64,000 nucleotides of DNA from Gemmatimonadales bacterium (GCA_965249575.1 OZ252244.1:992001-1056000), one strand, 5' to 3'; positions 10,152 to 20,714 are shown, counted from the first letter of the stretch. Made by a program: numbers and translations. The notes: generated by a model not told the origin, from the letters alone.

Positions 10152-12038
10152 CTACCGGGTCATCTGCACCCGCACGTGCGAGGGGTACTCGGCCGATCGA
10201 TACACCCGGTGGACCTGCCGCTGGAAATCCGATTCCTCAGCCTGGTAGATATCGACAAAGGTCTGTGGGTTCCTGTCGATCAGGGGAAACCACGTGCTCT
10301 GTACGTGGACCATGATCTTGTGGCCGCGCCGGAACGTGTGGTGCTTGTCCAGTAGATCGAACTCGATGCGGACGACCTCGCCCGGGACAACCGGTTCAGG
10401 GATCGTGAAGCTGTTGCGGAACTTGCTGCGAAAGACGTCGCCGGCCAGCATCATCTGGAATCCGCCCATTCGTACGCCCGCCGGATTGGGGGAGTTGTCC
10501 GGGGCGTCCCCGGGATAGACGTCAATCACCTTCGCAATCCAGTCGGCGTCGGTTCCGGTAGTGGCCACGTAGAGAGAGGCGATGATGGGTCCCGCGATCG
10601 TCACGTCCTCCGTGAGAACATCCGTTTCGTATACCAGCACGTCGGGGCGGCGGGCCGCGAAGCGCTGATCCTCGACGACCCACTCATGCCCCTGACTGGT
10701 CCGGGTCTCCGCCGTGTACGGGACGGGCTTCGAGGGATCGCTCACGAACTCGTCGTACGCGACTGCCGTTGAGTCGCTCGGCGGAACGAACGAGAGCGCG
10801 CCACCGGCATGGAAATACAGGTCGAGCGGTTGGGCTCCGGGCGGCGGCCAGCGGTCGTAGGTCCGCCACGTGTTCGACCCCGTGACGAATACCACGGCCT
10901 CCGGGGAGCGCCAGTCTCCGAGGTTCTTGAGATGGTAGTTGAAGAAGGGCAATTCGACGTTGGTCCTGTAGTACTCGGAGGTAGGCGACCCGAACTGAAT
11001 GTGACCCAAGCGTTCGCCATCGGTTCGCGCCCATCCACCGTGACGCCAGGGACCCACGACGAGCGCACTCTGATTGCCGGGAGTCTCCCGCTCGATCGTG
11101 TAGTAAATACCGAGTGGGCCAAAATAGTCCTCGGCGTCAAACCAGCCCGCCACGTTTAACACGGGGATTGTGACGCTACCGATGTCCTTCAAGACGTTCT
11201 TGCTGCGCCAGTACTCGTCGTACGTGCCATGCGCCACGAAATCGTTCCAGGTTGGCACTTCGCCGTGGAACAGCCTGCTGTTCACGTTCGGGATCGCTCC
11301 CAGATCCAGAAAGAACTGGTAACCATCCGGCGTTCCGAACTTGAAGGGCACGGTTCGGTCCTCAGTGGGTCCGGAACGGACCCGGGCATTCCTCGAGGTC
11401 CACCCGAATGCGTACATCAGGCGAAACGCTCCATTGTGGTGGTAGTCGTCGCCGACGAACTGATCCGCCGGAGCCGCCTGCGGTGACGCCGCCACCAGCG
11501 CGGGATGGGCATCGATCATGGCCATCGCGGTTTGCCACCCGCCGTACGAGATGCCCCACACCCCCACGCGGCCATTGTGCCCCGGGACGTTCCGGATCAA
11601 CCACTCGATGGTGTCGTAGGCATCGCTGCTCTCGTCGACATCTTTGGGCGTCGATTTGTCCGCCTTGTACGGGACGTGATGCTCGAACTCGCCCTCCGAC
11701 CGGAACTTCCCCCGCACATCCTGATACACGAAGATGTACCCTTCCCTGGTAAACGATTCCGACGGACCGAGGGGGAATCGATACTCATCGACTTCGTAGA
11801 ACCGCACACTGTAAGGCGTACGAGTCAGCAGGATGGGATACCCCTGCGAAGCGTCTCTGGGCGAATACACCTGCGTATACAGCTCGACACCGTCCCGCAT
11901 CGGAACCATGTACTCGGCCTTGGCATATTGGGCGCGGACGTCGTGCGCTTCCTGGGCTTCGAGTGCGCCCCGCGGCACCACCGCGACGACCACGATCCCG
12001 GCCGCCATCGTCAGCTCGATCGGCCTCGCTATCCCCAT
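10152..12038 (-). CDS. CocE/NonD-family serine hydrolase (glutaryl-7-ACA acylase/X-Pro dipeptidyl peptidase-like)
   Basis: VPMRDGVEL, RTPYS, QDVRGKFRSEG, GISYGG nucleophile, GPWRHG. Confidence 0.92.
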   Translation of the reverse strand: MGIARPIELTMAAGIVVVAVVPRGALEAQEAHDVRAQYAKAEYMVPMRDGVELYTQVYSPRDASQGYPILLTRTPYSVRFYEVDEYRFPLGPSESFTREGYIFVYQDVRGKFRSEGEFEHHVPYKADKSTPKDVDESSDAYDTIEWLIRNVPGHNGRVGVWGISYGGWQTAMAMIDAHPALVAASPQAAPADQFVGDDYHHNGAFRLMYAFGWTSRNARVRSGPTEDRTVPFKFGTPDGYQFFLDLGAIPNVNSRLFHGEVPTWNDFVAHGTYDEYWRSKNVLKDIGSVTIPVLNVAGWFDAEDYFGPLGIYYTIERETPGNQSALVVGPWRHGGWARTDGERLGHIQFGSPTSEYYRTNVELPFFNYHLKNLGDWRSPEAVVFVTGSNTWRTYDRWPPPGAQPLDLYFHAGGALSFVPPSDSTAVAYDEFVSDPSKPVPYTAETRTSQGHEWVVEDQRFAARRPDVLVYETDVLTEDVTIAGPIIASLYVATTGTDADWIAKVIDVYPGDAPDNSPNPAGVRMGGFQMMLAGDVFRSKFRNSFTIPEPVVPGEVVRIEFDLLDKHHTFRRGHKIMVHVQSTWFPLIDRNPQTFVDIYQAEESDFQRQVHRVYRSAEYPSHVRVQMTR

Positions 12039-12086
12039 ACTGCCCCTCCGGCATCGGGTATTGAGAGACACCACACTCGCCATTCG

Positions 12087-12371
12087 CTACTCGCTACTCG
12101 CTACCACCTTCAAAAACCGCCTCGCCAACTGTTCCAGACGCTCGTTGCCCGATTCGATCGCTTCAGCCAAGTACCTCTCGACATGGACTCTGAGTGCCGG
12201 TGTCCCCCATTCGTAGCCCGTGGCCCGCGTGGCGCTCAACGAATCTCCCTCATTCGCGCCCTCGAGCAACGCCCACGCGGCAGCGGCATCGAACGCCGGA
12301 TCGTCCCGATCCGGCAGCGAGTAGCGCCGTTCGGGACCCTCGGCATCTTCCTTCACAAACGCTCTAGACAT
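12087..12371 (-). CDS. Small hypothetical protein starting MSRAFVKED
   Basis: 94-aa ORF; N-terminus resembles that of GreA/GreB-like proteins but no Gre C-terminal domain. Confidence 0.6.
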   Translation of the reverse strand: MSRAFVKEDAEGPERRYSLPDRDDPAFDAAAAWALLEGANEGDSLSATRATGYEWGTPALRVHVERYLAEAIESGNERLEQLARRFLKVVASSE

Positions 12372-12441
12372 GGAGATATCCGTTGAGTAAATCTCGCATC
12401 CCGTAGCGGCATGGAACAGTCGGCGCTACGGAGGCGCAAGA

Positions 12442-12727
12442 ATGGTGTTCGTCATGGTTCGACACCGAGTCAAGGACGTCGACAACTGGAAAGTAGGCTT
12501 CGACGCCGCCGTGCGCTTCAGGCGTTGGGGCGGCGAGCGGGTTTATTACGTTTCAGCGAGACGAAGACCCCAACGAGGTCATCGCGCTGTTCGAATGGGA
12601 TACTCTCCGGCACGCTCGGGCGTTCTTCACCTCCGACGAGATCCGACAGGCCATGGAGAAGGCGGGCGTAGAGGGCAACCCGGAGATTCTCTACCTGCAC
12701 GACATCGGGTGGAGCCGGCTCGAGTGA
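12442..12727 (+). CDS. Small dimeric alpha/beta-barrel ('cyclase'/ABM-like) protein, frameshift near 12555
   Basis: VRHRVKDVDNWKVGFD then, in another frame, DPNEVIALFEWD...AFFTSDEIRQAMEKAGV. Confidence 0.75.
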
Positions 12728-12736
12728 CGCCGCCGA

Positions 12737-13117
12737 TCACAGTCCCTTGAATCTCGCGCCAAACCACGGCGCACGCCCGAGTACGGGAAGGATCACCCAA
12801 TAGCTCATCAGCCCTCCAGCGTCCCACACGATATCCGCGATCTCAAAGAACCGATACGGCAAGAAGTACTGCACGAGCTCAATCAAGACTCCGTATCCAA
12901 ACAGCGGAAGAGCCTTGTGGAGCCCGTACCGCGTGCTGGGGAACGCGAAGTCGCCGAGCAGCGCGAGGACCAAAAAGGCGACGCCGTGCTCGATTCGGTC
13001 AAACCCGGCCGTCGGGAGGGGGAGCGCGATAGGCACCGTGGCCAGCACCGCGACGAGCCCCAAGGAGGTGCCGAAGAGGACGCGGAAGGCGGTCGTTTGC
13101 GTGTGGGGTTGACTCAC
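12737..13117 (-). CDS. VanZ-family membrane protein
   Basis: DRIEHGVAF, YGVLIELVQYFLPYR, DIVWDAGG. Confidence 0.85.
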   Translation of the reverse strand: MSQPHTQTTAFRVLFGTSLGLVAVLATVPIALPLPTAGFDRIEHGVAFLVLALLGDFAFPSTRYGLHKALPLFGYGVLIELVQYFLPYRFFEIADIVWDAGGLMSYWVILPVLGRAPWFGARFKGL

Positions 13118-13233
13118 GGGCAGGCCCCATGCGGTTGGGTGGGCAGCGTCTGGATGAAGTCTAACGGTATACCCCGTCCTATCGGGCGCGGCGCCACCAA
13201 ACCGTCGATAGCTAGCAACGGGCTTCCCCGACC

Positions 13234-14361
13234 GTGACCGACGCCGGGACGAAGCGCGTGATCCTGGTCGGCGCAGGGCACGCCCACTTGCACGTCGTTC
13301 GGCACGCACGGGCGTTCGTGCGGCGGGGTATCGAGCTATTGCTCGTCGACCCGGATCGGTTCTGGTACTCGGGACTGGCCACCGGCATGCTCGGTGGCAT
13401 GTACGCTCCGGACGACGACCAGATCAATCCCGAGCAGCTCGCGGCGCGATCCGGAGCGCGATTCGTGCGCGATCGAATGATCGGACTCGATGCGGACGCT
13501 CGCACCGTACGGCTCCGGTCCGGCACGGAGCTGGCGTACGCGGCACTGTCGTTGAATCTCGGCAGCCAGGTGTCGAATCCGGGTTTTCACTTGCCGAGCC
13601 CATCGGTCTGGCCCGTAAAACCGGTGTCGAACTTATGGGGTCTACGCCAGCGTCTCGAGAAGCGGATCGACCGAGACAACCACCGAATCAGGGTCTTGGT
13701 GATCGGTGGCGGAGCAACCGGGTGCGAGGTTGCGGCCAGCATCGACGCTCTCGCTCGGCGCCGGAATGGATCGGTGTCGGTCACGCTCGTCACGAGAGGC
13801 TCCCGGCTCCTACCGGGACATCCTCGAGGCGCGTCCAATACATTGGTCGGGGCGCTCGAGCGCCGCGGAATCGTCGTCTTGCTATCAACCGAAGTGAACC
13901 GAACGGAAAATGGCGAGGCCGTGACGTCGCTCGGAGACCGGATCGCCTGGGACGAAATCGTCCTGGCAACGGGTCTCGAGCCGCCGGCGATCACACAGGC
14001 ACTCGGCCTGCCGGTCGACGACCGCGGTGGGCTCGAGGTGGAGGCGAGCCTGCAATGCCGCGGGCGCGATCGGGTCTTCGGCGCCGGTGATTGCGTTTCC
14101 ATCGACGGACATCGACTGCCAAAGCTCGGCGTTTACGGAGTGCGAGCCGCGCCGGTGCTGCTGCGCAACCTCCTGGCGGTGCTCGACGGCGCACCGCTCA
14201 AATCCTACCGGCCCCAACGACGCGCGCTGATCATTCTGAACCTCGGATGCGGCGAGGGCCTGGCCATCCGCGGCCATCTCTACTGGCGAGGAACCCTGAG
14301 CTTGCGGCTCAAGGACAGGATCGACCTCCGGTTCATGGCAAAGTATCGCGCCGGCGATTGA
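13234..14361 (+). CDS. FAD-dependent pyridine nucleotide-disulphide oxidoreductase (NDH-2/AIF-like)
   Basis: LVGAGHAH, YSGLATG, VIGGGATGCE, VFGAGDC, LKDRIDLRFM. Confidence 0.88.
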   Translation: MTDAGTKRVILVGAGHAHLHVVRHARAFVRRGIELLLVDPDRFWYSGLATGMLGGMYAPDDDQINPEQLAARSGARFVRDRMIGLDADARTVRLRSGTELAYAALSLNLGSQVSNPGFHLPSPSVWPVKPVSNLWGLRQRLEKRIDRDNHRIRVLVIGGGATGCEVAASIDALARRRNGSVSVTLVTRGSRLLPGHPRGASNTLVGALERRGIVVLLSTEVNRTENGEAVTSLGDRIAWDEIVLATGLEPPAITQALGLPVDDRGGLEVEASLQCRGRDRVFGAGDCVSIDGHRLPKLGVYGVRAAPVLLRNLLAVLDGAPLKSYRPQRRALIILNLGCGEGLAIRGHLYWRGTLSLRLKDRIDLRFMAKYRAGD

Positions 14362-14387
14362 GGCTCGCGCCCGCTATCTTCCTTCAC

Positions 14388-15068
14388 ATGTCGACGCATC
14401 CTACGAGTCGCCGAAACGACGTGGACCGAGTGCAGCGGGTATTCGACGATTGGGCCGGTCGGGGACGGGCGGAGGGTATGGCCTCGGCCCACGAGCCAGC
14501 CGCTCGGGCGGCATTCGATCGTCTCGCGCTCGACGGGGACAGTTGGTACCTGGATATCGGCTGTGGGAACGGATACACCGTGCGGTGGGCCGCCGCGGTC
14601 GCCACCCGCGGACGGGCGATCGGCATCGATCTGTCGCCGGCCATGGTCAAGCGCGCGCGCGACCTGTCAGCAGGGCACTCCAACTCGGAGTTCGTCCAAT
14701 CGGCGTTTCCGCGGCACGACCTGCCGCACGACCGATTCGACAGCGTCTTTTCGATGGAGGCGTTCTACTATTTCCCGGATCTCGACGACGCCCTCCGAGA
14801 GGTCACGCAGCTCCTGAAGCCCGGCGGGCGCTTCGCCTGCGTCGTCGACTACTACGGTGAAAACGAGGCGAGCCACGGGTGGCCCGCCGACCTGGGCGTG
14901 GAGATGACGCTACTCGACGAACCGGGTTGGGGAGCGGCCTTCGCCAAGGCCGGGATGGAGGTGACGGAGCAGGCGCGGCTCAGGCTCTCGCCAGCCGAGG
15001 CGTCCGCCCCATGGAAAGTCACAGAGGGATCGCTGCTCACGGTCGGCCGGCGGCCATTGCAAGACTAA
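14388..15068 (+). CDS. Class I SAM-dependent methyltransferase
   Basis: LDIGCGNG, GIDLSPAM, FSMEAFYY, LKPGG. Confidence 0.88.
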   Translation: MSTHPTSRRNDVDRVQRVFDDWAGRGRAEGMASAHEPAARAAFDRLALDGDSWYLDIGCGNGYTVRWAAAVATRGRAIGIDLSPAMVKRARDLSAGHSNSEFVQSAFPRHDLPHDRFDSVFSMEAFYYFPDLDDALREVTQLLKPGGRFACVVDYYGENEASHGWPADLGVEMTLLDEPGWGAAFAKAGMEVTEQARLRLSPAEASAPWKVTEGSLLTVGRRPLQD

Positions 15069-16123
15069 TAGAGACCCGGCACCGACTCGCTCGCACCTAA
15101 CGCCACCTGCTCCACGCCCGCGGCGATGAAACTCCACTGCAACACCATCTGATCCCGCACTGGCATGGGGCGAAGGCCATGCGTCGAGGCGTCCTCCGCG
15201 ATCACGCTGCGATCTTCTCCCGAGTGCAGGCGAGTGCTCCAATCGGCGATTCGTTCCTTCCACGCGCCGGCTACCGGGTCGGGCGGGCCCAGGTCGACGC
15301 CAACACCGGGCGTGAGGAACAGGGGCATCTCCGAGACGAGTGTCAGGGGATCGCCGCCGAGAGACCGAATAGTCTCCATGGAGCTGGGCCGGAACCGGGC
15401 GGCCGTGTCGGGGTCGCCTAGACCTAGGAAGTGATCTCGCATCGCGAGCGAATTCGGCCGAGTCGAGAATCCCCGCCCGAGGCGAAAGAATCCCTTCTCG
15501 CCGCGGCGCTCGACATCGTGGAGCGAGTATCCCATTTCGGCAACGCCAGCCCTACACCGGTCCATCAGCAAGGCGCTGCGCTCCTGCCAGGCTTCATCGA
15601 TGAGAAACCACGGGCCGGCTGCGAACGCCATTCCGTGCAGCGACATATGGAGGGCGAAGCTCCCGCCGGCACTGCGCCACCACGTGCAGGCAGCGACGTT
15701 CTCCGGCCGGGCGCGCGTGTCCGCTTCGTTCCGGGGAAACCCGAACTCGATATCGTCACCGGGAAGCTCCCGGCTAACCGCCCCCAGATACGTCGTGAAA
15801 TCGAATGCGGGATCGTCGTCTCCGTGCCAGGCACGGTTCCGTTCCTCGCCATCGGGATTCACGTGCGGGAGCACCCACCACTCATACGACTGCAACAGCG
15901 GATCACGCTCCGGGAGCGACGTGAGATACCCCGCGAGGTGTCGAAGCAGCCGGGGACCGACCGGCTCGTCGGCGTGGCAGCCTCCGATCAGGCTCACTCG
16001 GCGCGGGCCGCGGCCGAGGCGAAACGCCCTGATGGGGCGTCCCTCGCGCGAGCGGCCGATCTCCTCTCCGTCGCTCCGAAATGCCGCGCGAGTCTCGAGG
16101 ATCGCGTCGATCCGATCTAGCAT
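15065..16123 (-). CDS. M14 zinc carboxypeptidase-like protein
   Basis: IGRSREGRPI, GCHADEP (HxxE), PHVNPDG, SLHG. Confidence 0.82.
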   Translation of the reverse strand: MLDRIDAILETRAAFRSDGEEIGRSREGRPIRAFRLGRGPRRVSLIGGCHADEPVGPRLLRHLAGYLTSLPERDPLLQSYEWWVLPHVNPDGEERNRAWHGDDDPAFDFTTYLGAVSRELPGDDIEFGFPRNEADTRARPENVAACTWWRSAGGSFALHMSLHGMAFAAGPWFLIDEAWQERSALLMDRCRAGVAEMGYSLHDVERRGEKGFFRLGRGFSTRPNSLAMRDHFLGLGDPDTAARFRPSSMETIRSLGGDPLTLVSEMPLFLTPGVGVDLGPPDPVAGAWKERIADWSTRLHSGEDRSVIAEDASTHGLRPMPVRDQMVLQWSFIAAGVEQVALGASESVPGLY

Positions 16124-16310
16124 TCCATGTCGCTGTGCGCCTCATATGGGTATCGAAAGGTTGCCAACGGGATCGCCGGCTGACAACACCCTCGCGGTCG
16201 CCGCACCCGCGTCTCCAAGGCCCCGATAACAGAATCGCTCCCTTGCTAGGAGCGATTCGTGTAGGGCAGCCGTTGACGACCGAACTCGTGGTACTCGGGA
16301 AGCCCGGCTC

Positions 16311-17215
16311 TCAGTACACCGTCATCCAACCACGCTCGCGGATGAGTGACCCGGTGGCCGAAGCGTTGAGCGCCCGCTCGAGCGCGCAGCTCGAGTAGTT
16401 GATCACCGCGTTACCGAGCACCGTGTTTTGCTCAAGGTCGACGTTCGCGGCGATTACGCCACCGTTGAAGTGGCCGCCGGTGCCCGTAGTCTTCAGTTTT
16501 CCGCGAACGATGACGGGTCCGAAGAACTCGAATCCTCCCTGCACACTCAGATCACCGTCCACGATCAGAACGCCTTGCCCCTGATTGCCGTTGACGCTGA
16601 TGTCCCCGGTGGCATAGAGGATCGGGAAGTACCCACCGCACGTGCTGGACGGATTGAGCGGGTCGCCCCAGTTCTTCATGTTGGCGGTATTGCACGCCCC
16701 GCCGCCGTCGAACGAAGGCTTGACTTGCGTATACGTTCCCGGGCCGAGGATCTTGCTCGCCATGGAGACCAACTCGGCCCATTCCACGTCACCGAACGTC
16801 GTCAAGCTCGAGTCCGTAATGGTCGGATCCGTCTGGATCTTCGGGACGCCGTCCAGGCACGACATGTTGTTACAGCCGTTGAACTGGATCTGTGACGAGT
16901 CGGCCGGCGGCAACCGGAGGCCGGGCATGGAGGGTTGAATCGTGCACCCGCTCCAACCGCTCGGCGGGGCGTCGTGGCCGTTGATGAAAGACGAGCCGCC
17001 GATCCTCACGTCACCACGGGTCTTGAGCGCCGCGTTGATGTTGACCTGCAGGGCATTCAAACGCACCAGCATACCCACCTGTTGGCGCGCGAGGCTGTCG
17101 GCGCTGAAGCCCTGGGCGGATACGAGGAACATCTGGTTGTTGAGCCTGCGCACGGATCCGCGATACCACCCGGCCCCACCGGACAGCGGCGTGTATCCCA
17201 CAGCCACGGACCGGG
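16311..17215 (-). pseudogene. PilX-like pilus-assembly protein, C-terminal portion without recognisable N-terminus
   Basis: GQGVLIVDGDLSVQGGFEFFGPVIVRG, INYSSCALERAL...ERGW; no pilin-like N-terminal TM helix upstream. Confidence 0.55.
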
Positions 17216-17351
17216 CGGAGACAGCAATGGCAACCGCCCAAGTTAGAACTTCACCGCCCTGAAATCCAGAGTGCGTCTTGGTAGCCAGCGACCCTTGTGG
17301 GTCCCAGCGCCGCTTTCGAGCTTCGGCACCCGACCCTAACCCGTGAGGAAC

Positions 17352-18017
17352 GTGGCCAAACGGAAGGACCCAAGCCCCAAGCGGGACTCGGTTGCGGACG
17401 AGGTCGACCGGCTTTTGAAGAAGCTGCCGTTCGCCGACCCGAGTTCGGATCCCGATGCCCCGGCCTCCAAAACCGCCCAGCGGAACCCACACGGCGGGCC
17501 ACCGAAGCCGTCCGGAGGGTTGCCTGGTAGCACGCGCACGATGCCCGGATCACCAGCGACCTCCCTCCCATCGAGGAGGGAACGACTCGCGGTGTGGGGC
17601 AAACTGTCCATCGGTGTCGTGTTGGGAGTCGCCCTCACGCAGTGGCCCTATGCCCAATCCTGCGGTCTGCCGCTGTTCCTCTACGTGGCCGCTGTCGGCG
17701 CCCTGGCCCTCGCTGGGGGCTGGGCCGGGATATCATCCTGGAACCATCGGCTAGGCGTCGCCCACAGCGTTTCGCTGATCCTGGTGTTCTGGGGAATTGT
17801 GCTCGCAGCCGAGCAGATCTTGCCGCGGGTCGGATACGCCCGCACCGAGGCGACCTGGTCGTGTTCCGGAGCAGACGGCAAGTGGTTTCCCAGCGAGGAG
17901 ATCGTTGACGAGCCAAGCATTCCCGATGCCGCGCCCACTACCCCCTCTGCTCAGCTCGAGGAGCCGGCAGCGGAGCCCGCTGTTCCTCCCTTACCTGAGT
18001 CAGAAGTCGTTCCATGA
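17352..18017 (+). CDS. Hypothetical membrane protein
   Basis: GAGG RBS; EVDRLLKKLP.ADP, three TM helices, QWPY..SCG, EQILPRVGYA...W.C. Confidence 0.75.
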   Translation: MAKRKDPSPKRDSVADEVDRLLKKLPFADPSSDPDAPASKTAQRNPHGGPPKPSGGLPGSTRTMPGSPATSLPSRRERLAVWGKLSIGVVLGVALTQWPYAQSCGLPLFLYVAAVGALALAGGWAGISSWNHRLGVAHSVSLILVFWGIVLAAEQILPRVGYARTEATWSCSGADGKWFPSEEIVDEPSIPDAAPTTPSAQLEEPAAEPAVPPLPESEVVP

Positions 18018-18357
18018 AATCCGTTCTCTCGCCCAGCTCTCTGACCTCCTCCTGTAGTAACTGCAACTCTTCGAGCAACGCGTCCTGATTCGCACTCGCC
18101 GGGCTCACCGCGAGATCGCCAGGATCGTACACCGACCACCTGACGACACGTTTCCCGTCGATGTCGCGAAACTCGGCACCCGCGACCATGCGGATATCGT
18201 ACAGCCACCAGATTCCCAAACCGCCACCGGTCGCGAGCATTATGAGCCCGGTACCGATCTTTCCCGCGTAGAACCGGTGGAGCCCGAACACTCCAAGGGG
18301 AATAGCTAGACACAGGGCCAGGCCGCGAGATCGGTCGGAAATATCGGTGCCGCTCAC
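17938..18357 (-). CDS. TM2-domain protein with C-terminal coiled coil
   Basis: SRGLALCLAIPLGVFGLHRFYAGKIGTG...GIWWLYD; overlaps the convergent gene by 80 bp. Confidence 0.85.
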   Translation of the reverse strand: MSGTDISDRSRGLALCLAIPLGVFGLHRFYAGKIGTGLIMLATGGGLGIWWLYDIRMVAGAEFRDIDGKRVVRWSVYDPGDLAVSPASANQDALLEELQLLQEEVRELGERTDFMERLLTQVREEQRAPLPAPRAEQRG

Positions 18358-18520
18358 AGTGGCCCTCCCCAGCGTAGTTGACCGTCGCCCGATACCACTA
18401 CGCTCCAATGCGACCGTAGCCCCATCTTGGGCGCAGCCCTCCCGGGACATCGGTGGGCAGGTGTTTCGCAGACTGCGATACGTGTCATCAGGTAATTGGG
18501 ATCTTGGGTCGAAGCTAGCA

Positions 18521-18611
18521 GGGGGTAGGGGATTGGGGGTAGGGATGGGGAATGGGGGTTAGGGGGAAGGGGTTAGGAGACAGGGGTTAGGGAATAGGAT
18601 CAGTGGGGGGA
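18521..18611 (+). repeat. G-rich, roughly heptameric degenerate tandem repeat
   Basis: GGGGGTAGGGGATTGGGGGTAGGGATGGGGAATGGGGGTTAGGGGGAAGGGGTTAGG... Confidence 0.75.
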
Positions 18612-18740
18612 GCCGGCGGCCCTAGCGGCCGGGCTGCAGAGCGCGCATCTTCTCTTCCCCCCGCGAGTAGCCAATGGCGGCGCGACGGCTGGACTACCCG
18701 AGGAGCCGGCGGGAGGCGCAAAGAGCGAGGATGGGCGGGT

Positions 18741-19415
18741 ATGGCACTCATCAAATGCCCACAATGCGGCCACACGGTATTGAGCGTGGCATCCGTGTGT
18801 CCGAGTTGCTCGTTCCTGCTCACGCAGCAACGCTTCCAACAGTCTCAGCGAGGTACGCTTGCCGAGTGCCGTAACTGTGGTCGACAGGTGGCATCCCAGA
18901 CCCGAACGTGTCCGTACTGCGGCCTGCGGCATCCAGGCTCGCGTCGCGGCGCCCGGCGAGCGCTAGTCGTGGCAGGTATCGTTACCCCGTTGCTGGTCAT
19001 GGCGGCGGTGCGGGCAAACCCCGGGCGACCGGTGCTGCCCCTCCCCACCACGATCGAACCCCGGACGACGCCCCTCGCCGTTGAAACCGATTTGGTTCCG
19101 CCCCCACCCGATTCCCCTGCCTCGTCTGCCCGCTTGGACCAGTCCAGATGGACGGTTACGTGGGTCAACGTACGGGAACGACCCGGCACTGACACCGACG
19201 TCGTGCACATTCTCGGACCCGGCCAGGGTGTCCGTGTTGGTGAGCGACAGGGCCGGTGGTGGCCAGTACTCCAGGACGGCCGCGTCCTGGGCTATGTTGC
19301 CAACTCGGTGCTCCAAGATACGGAGCCCGAACCCGTGGTGACCTCATCGGCCGAGGTCCTTGCCTCGCCCCGGACTCGAATCGGGGTCAACGAGTCGGCT
19401 CCCCGACTGCGCTAG
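18741..19415 (+). CDS. Double zinc-ribbon + TM + SH3b-domain protein
   Basis: CPQC/CPSC and CRNC/CPYC pairs; TM helix; WVNVRERPG...GYVANS. Confidence 0.8.
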   Translation: MALIKCPQCGHTVLSVASVCPSCSFLLTQQRFQQSQRGTLAECRNCGRQVASQTRTCPYCGLRHPGSRRGARRALVVAGIVTPLLVMAAVRANPGRPVLPLPTTIEPRTTPLAVETDLVPPPPDSPASSARLDQSRWTVTWVNVRERPGTDTDVVHILGPGQGVRVGERQGRWWPVLQDGRVLGYVANSVLQDTEPEPVVTSSAEVLASPRTRIGVNESAPRLR

Positions 19416-19562
19416 GAGTCATTCGGGACACATCTGCGGACCGACCTGGTCTCGTCAGTCAAAACGATCACACACATCACCAGAGGGGCGGGTTGGGGCC
19501 CGGCGCCTAACCCATCGCGAAGCGCGCCGAACCCCACGTGAAGAGGTAGGAAAATGGGTGGC

Positions 19563-19763
19563 CTAGAGACCGGTGATGCCCTCGCCTTCCGGCAGCCAGT
19601 ATCCACCCAGGAGGTCGCAGTCGGCGCGAGATGCCGAAAAGGAGCCGTCCGTTTCTGTGGTGCACATCCCCACCTCACCTCCGCACCCGAATCCCAACGC
19701 CGCGACGAGGAGTGCGGCGGCCCATCCCAGGCGGGGCATCATGCGTTGCTTTCGTCCTTCCAT
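19563..19763 (-). CDS. Small putative lipoprotein
   Basis: Hydrophobic leader ending LGFGC, two more Cys. Confidence 0.4.
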   Translation of the reverse strand: MEGRKQRMMPRLGWAAALLVAALGFGCGGEVGMCTTETDGSFSASRADCDLLGGYWLPEGEGITGL

Positions 19764-20071
19764 GGATCGTGCCTCCAACTGCTTTTCTTGCTGTAGAGAG
19801 TCGTCACCAAACGCTGATTTAAGTTAGGGATCCCCTCTGAAAATCGCTGTAAGGCACATCACGAGGATCTCGTGTTCCTGCCGTGGTCCGGAGCACCTCG
19901 GAGGCGGCTGCCGTCGGCCCCGACAGCGCTCCTAACGAAAACCGCCGCTTTCCTGTCTCATGGGTAGCAGGCGGAGGTAGCATCTGTTGCCGCCTGGGTG
20001 GGAGCACCTGATTTGATGCCGCCGCCCTTCGAACTCGGGCGTCCGGCGATCACGACAGACGGAGGTTTGAA

Positions 20072-20656
20072 ATGAGCTACCTACATCTGGGGACACTCGC
20101 ACTGGCAGCGCTCGCGATGCTTGCCCCCGTTGAGATCCTCGAGGCCCAGCGGGGCGGTCCCCGCCGAGGGCGTTCTGTCGGGGCCGTGGAACAGGCACTA
20201 CTCCACAAGCAGCGTCTCGAGCTGACCGACGATCAGGTCGCGGAGCTCGAGTCTCTGAGACAAGAGGCCGTGGCCCACCGCAAGGAGACGCTTGGCGAGG
20301 TATTAGAGCTCGAGTCCCAGACGCGCTCCGGCCAGATCACGGGCCAGGAGCTGCGGGCGCGACGCGAGACCCAGCGTGATCATGCCCAGGTGCGGATCGA
20401 GACGCTTCGCGAGCACTTCGACGGGATCCTGACGGAGGCCCAGCGAAACGAGCTCAGGTCTGAGGCCCGGCGAGGCGCGCGCGGCGCCCGCCGCGGATTT
20501 GGTCAGCGCGGCCAGGGCCGTTTCCGGCAACGCGGGCCACAGGGATGGCAACGGGGATTCGATGGCCACCGGCTCCAGGACCGCCCGATGAGGCCGGGCG
20601 GACCCGGCCGGAGGGAGCCAGCGCCGCCCGCGCCACCGGAGAACGGGGACGAGTAG
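20072..20656 (+). CDS. Spy/CpxP-family periplasmic protein
   Basis: Signal peptide; LELTDDQ and ILTEAQ LTxxQ motifs; G/R-rich tail; GGAGG RBS. Confidence 0.75.
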   Translation: MSYLHLGTLALAALAMLAPVEILEAQRGGPRRGRSVGAVEQALLHKQRLELTDDQVAELESLRQEAVAHRKETLGEVLELESQTRSGQITGQELRARRETQRDHAQVRIETLREHFDGILTEAQRNELRSEARRGARGARRGFGQRGQGRFRQRGPQGWQRGFDGHRLQDRPMRPGGPGRREPAPPAPPENGDE

Positions 20657-20679
20657 TCGGACCCACTTCCGAATGCACG

Positions 20680-20714
20680 AAGCCCCCGGGGCCATCAGCG
20701 CCGGGGGCTTTTTT
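20680..20714 (+). terminator. Rho-independent terminator
   Basis: AAGCCCCCGG...CCGGGGGCTT followed by T run. Confidence 0.85.

Noticed and set aside
13234..14361. selD (selenide, water dikinase)
   Set aside because: Only the FAD-oxidoreductase domain seen in some SelD fusions; no AIRS/kinase domain
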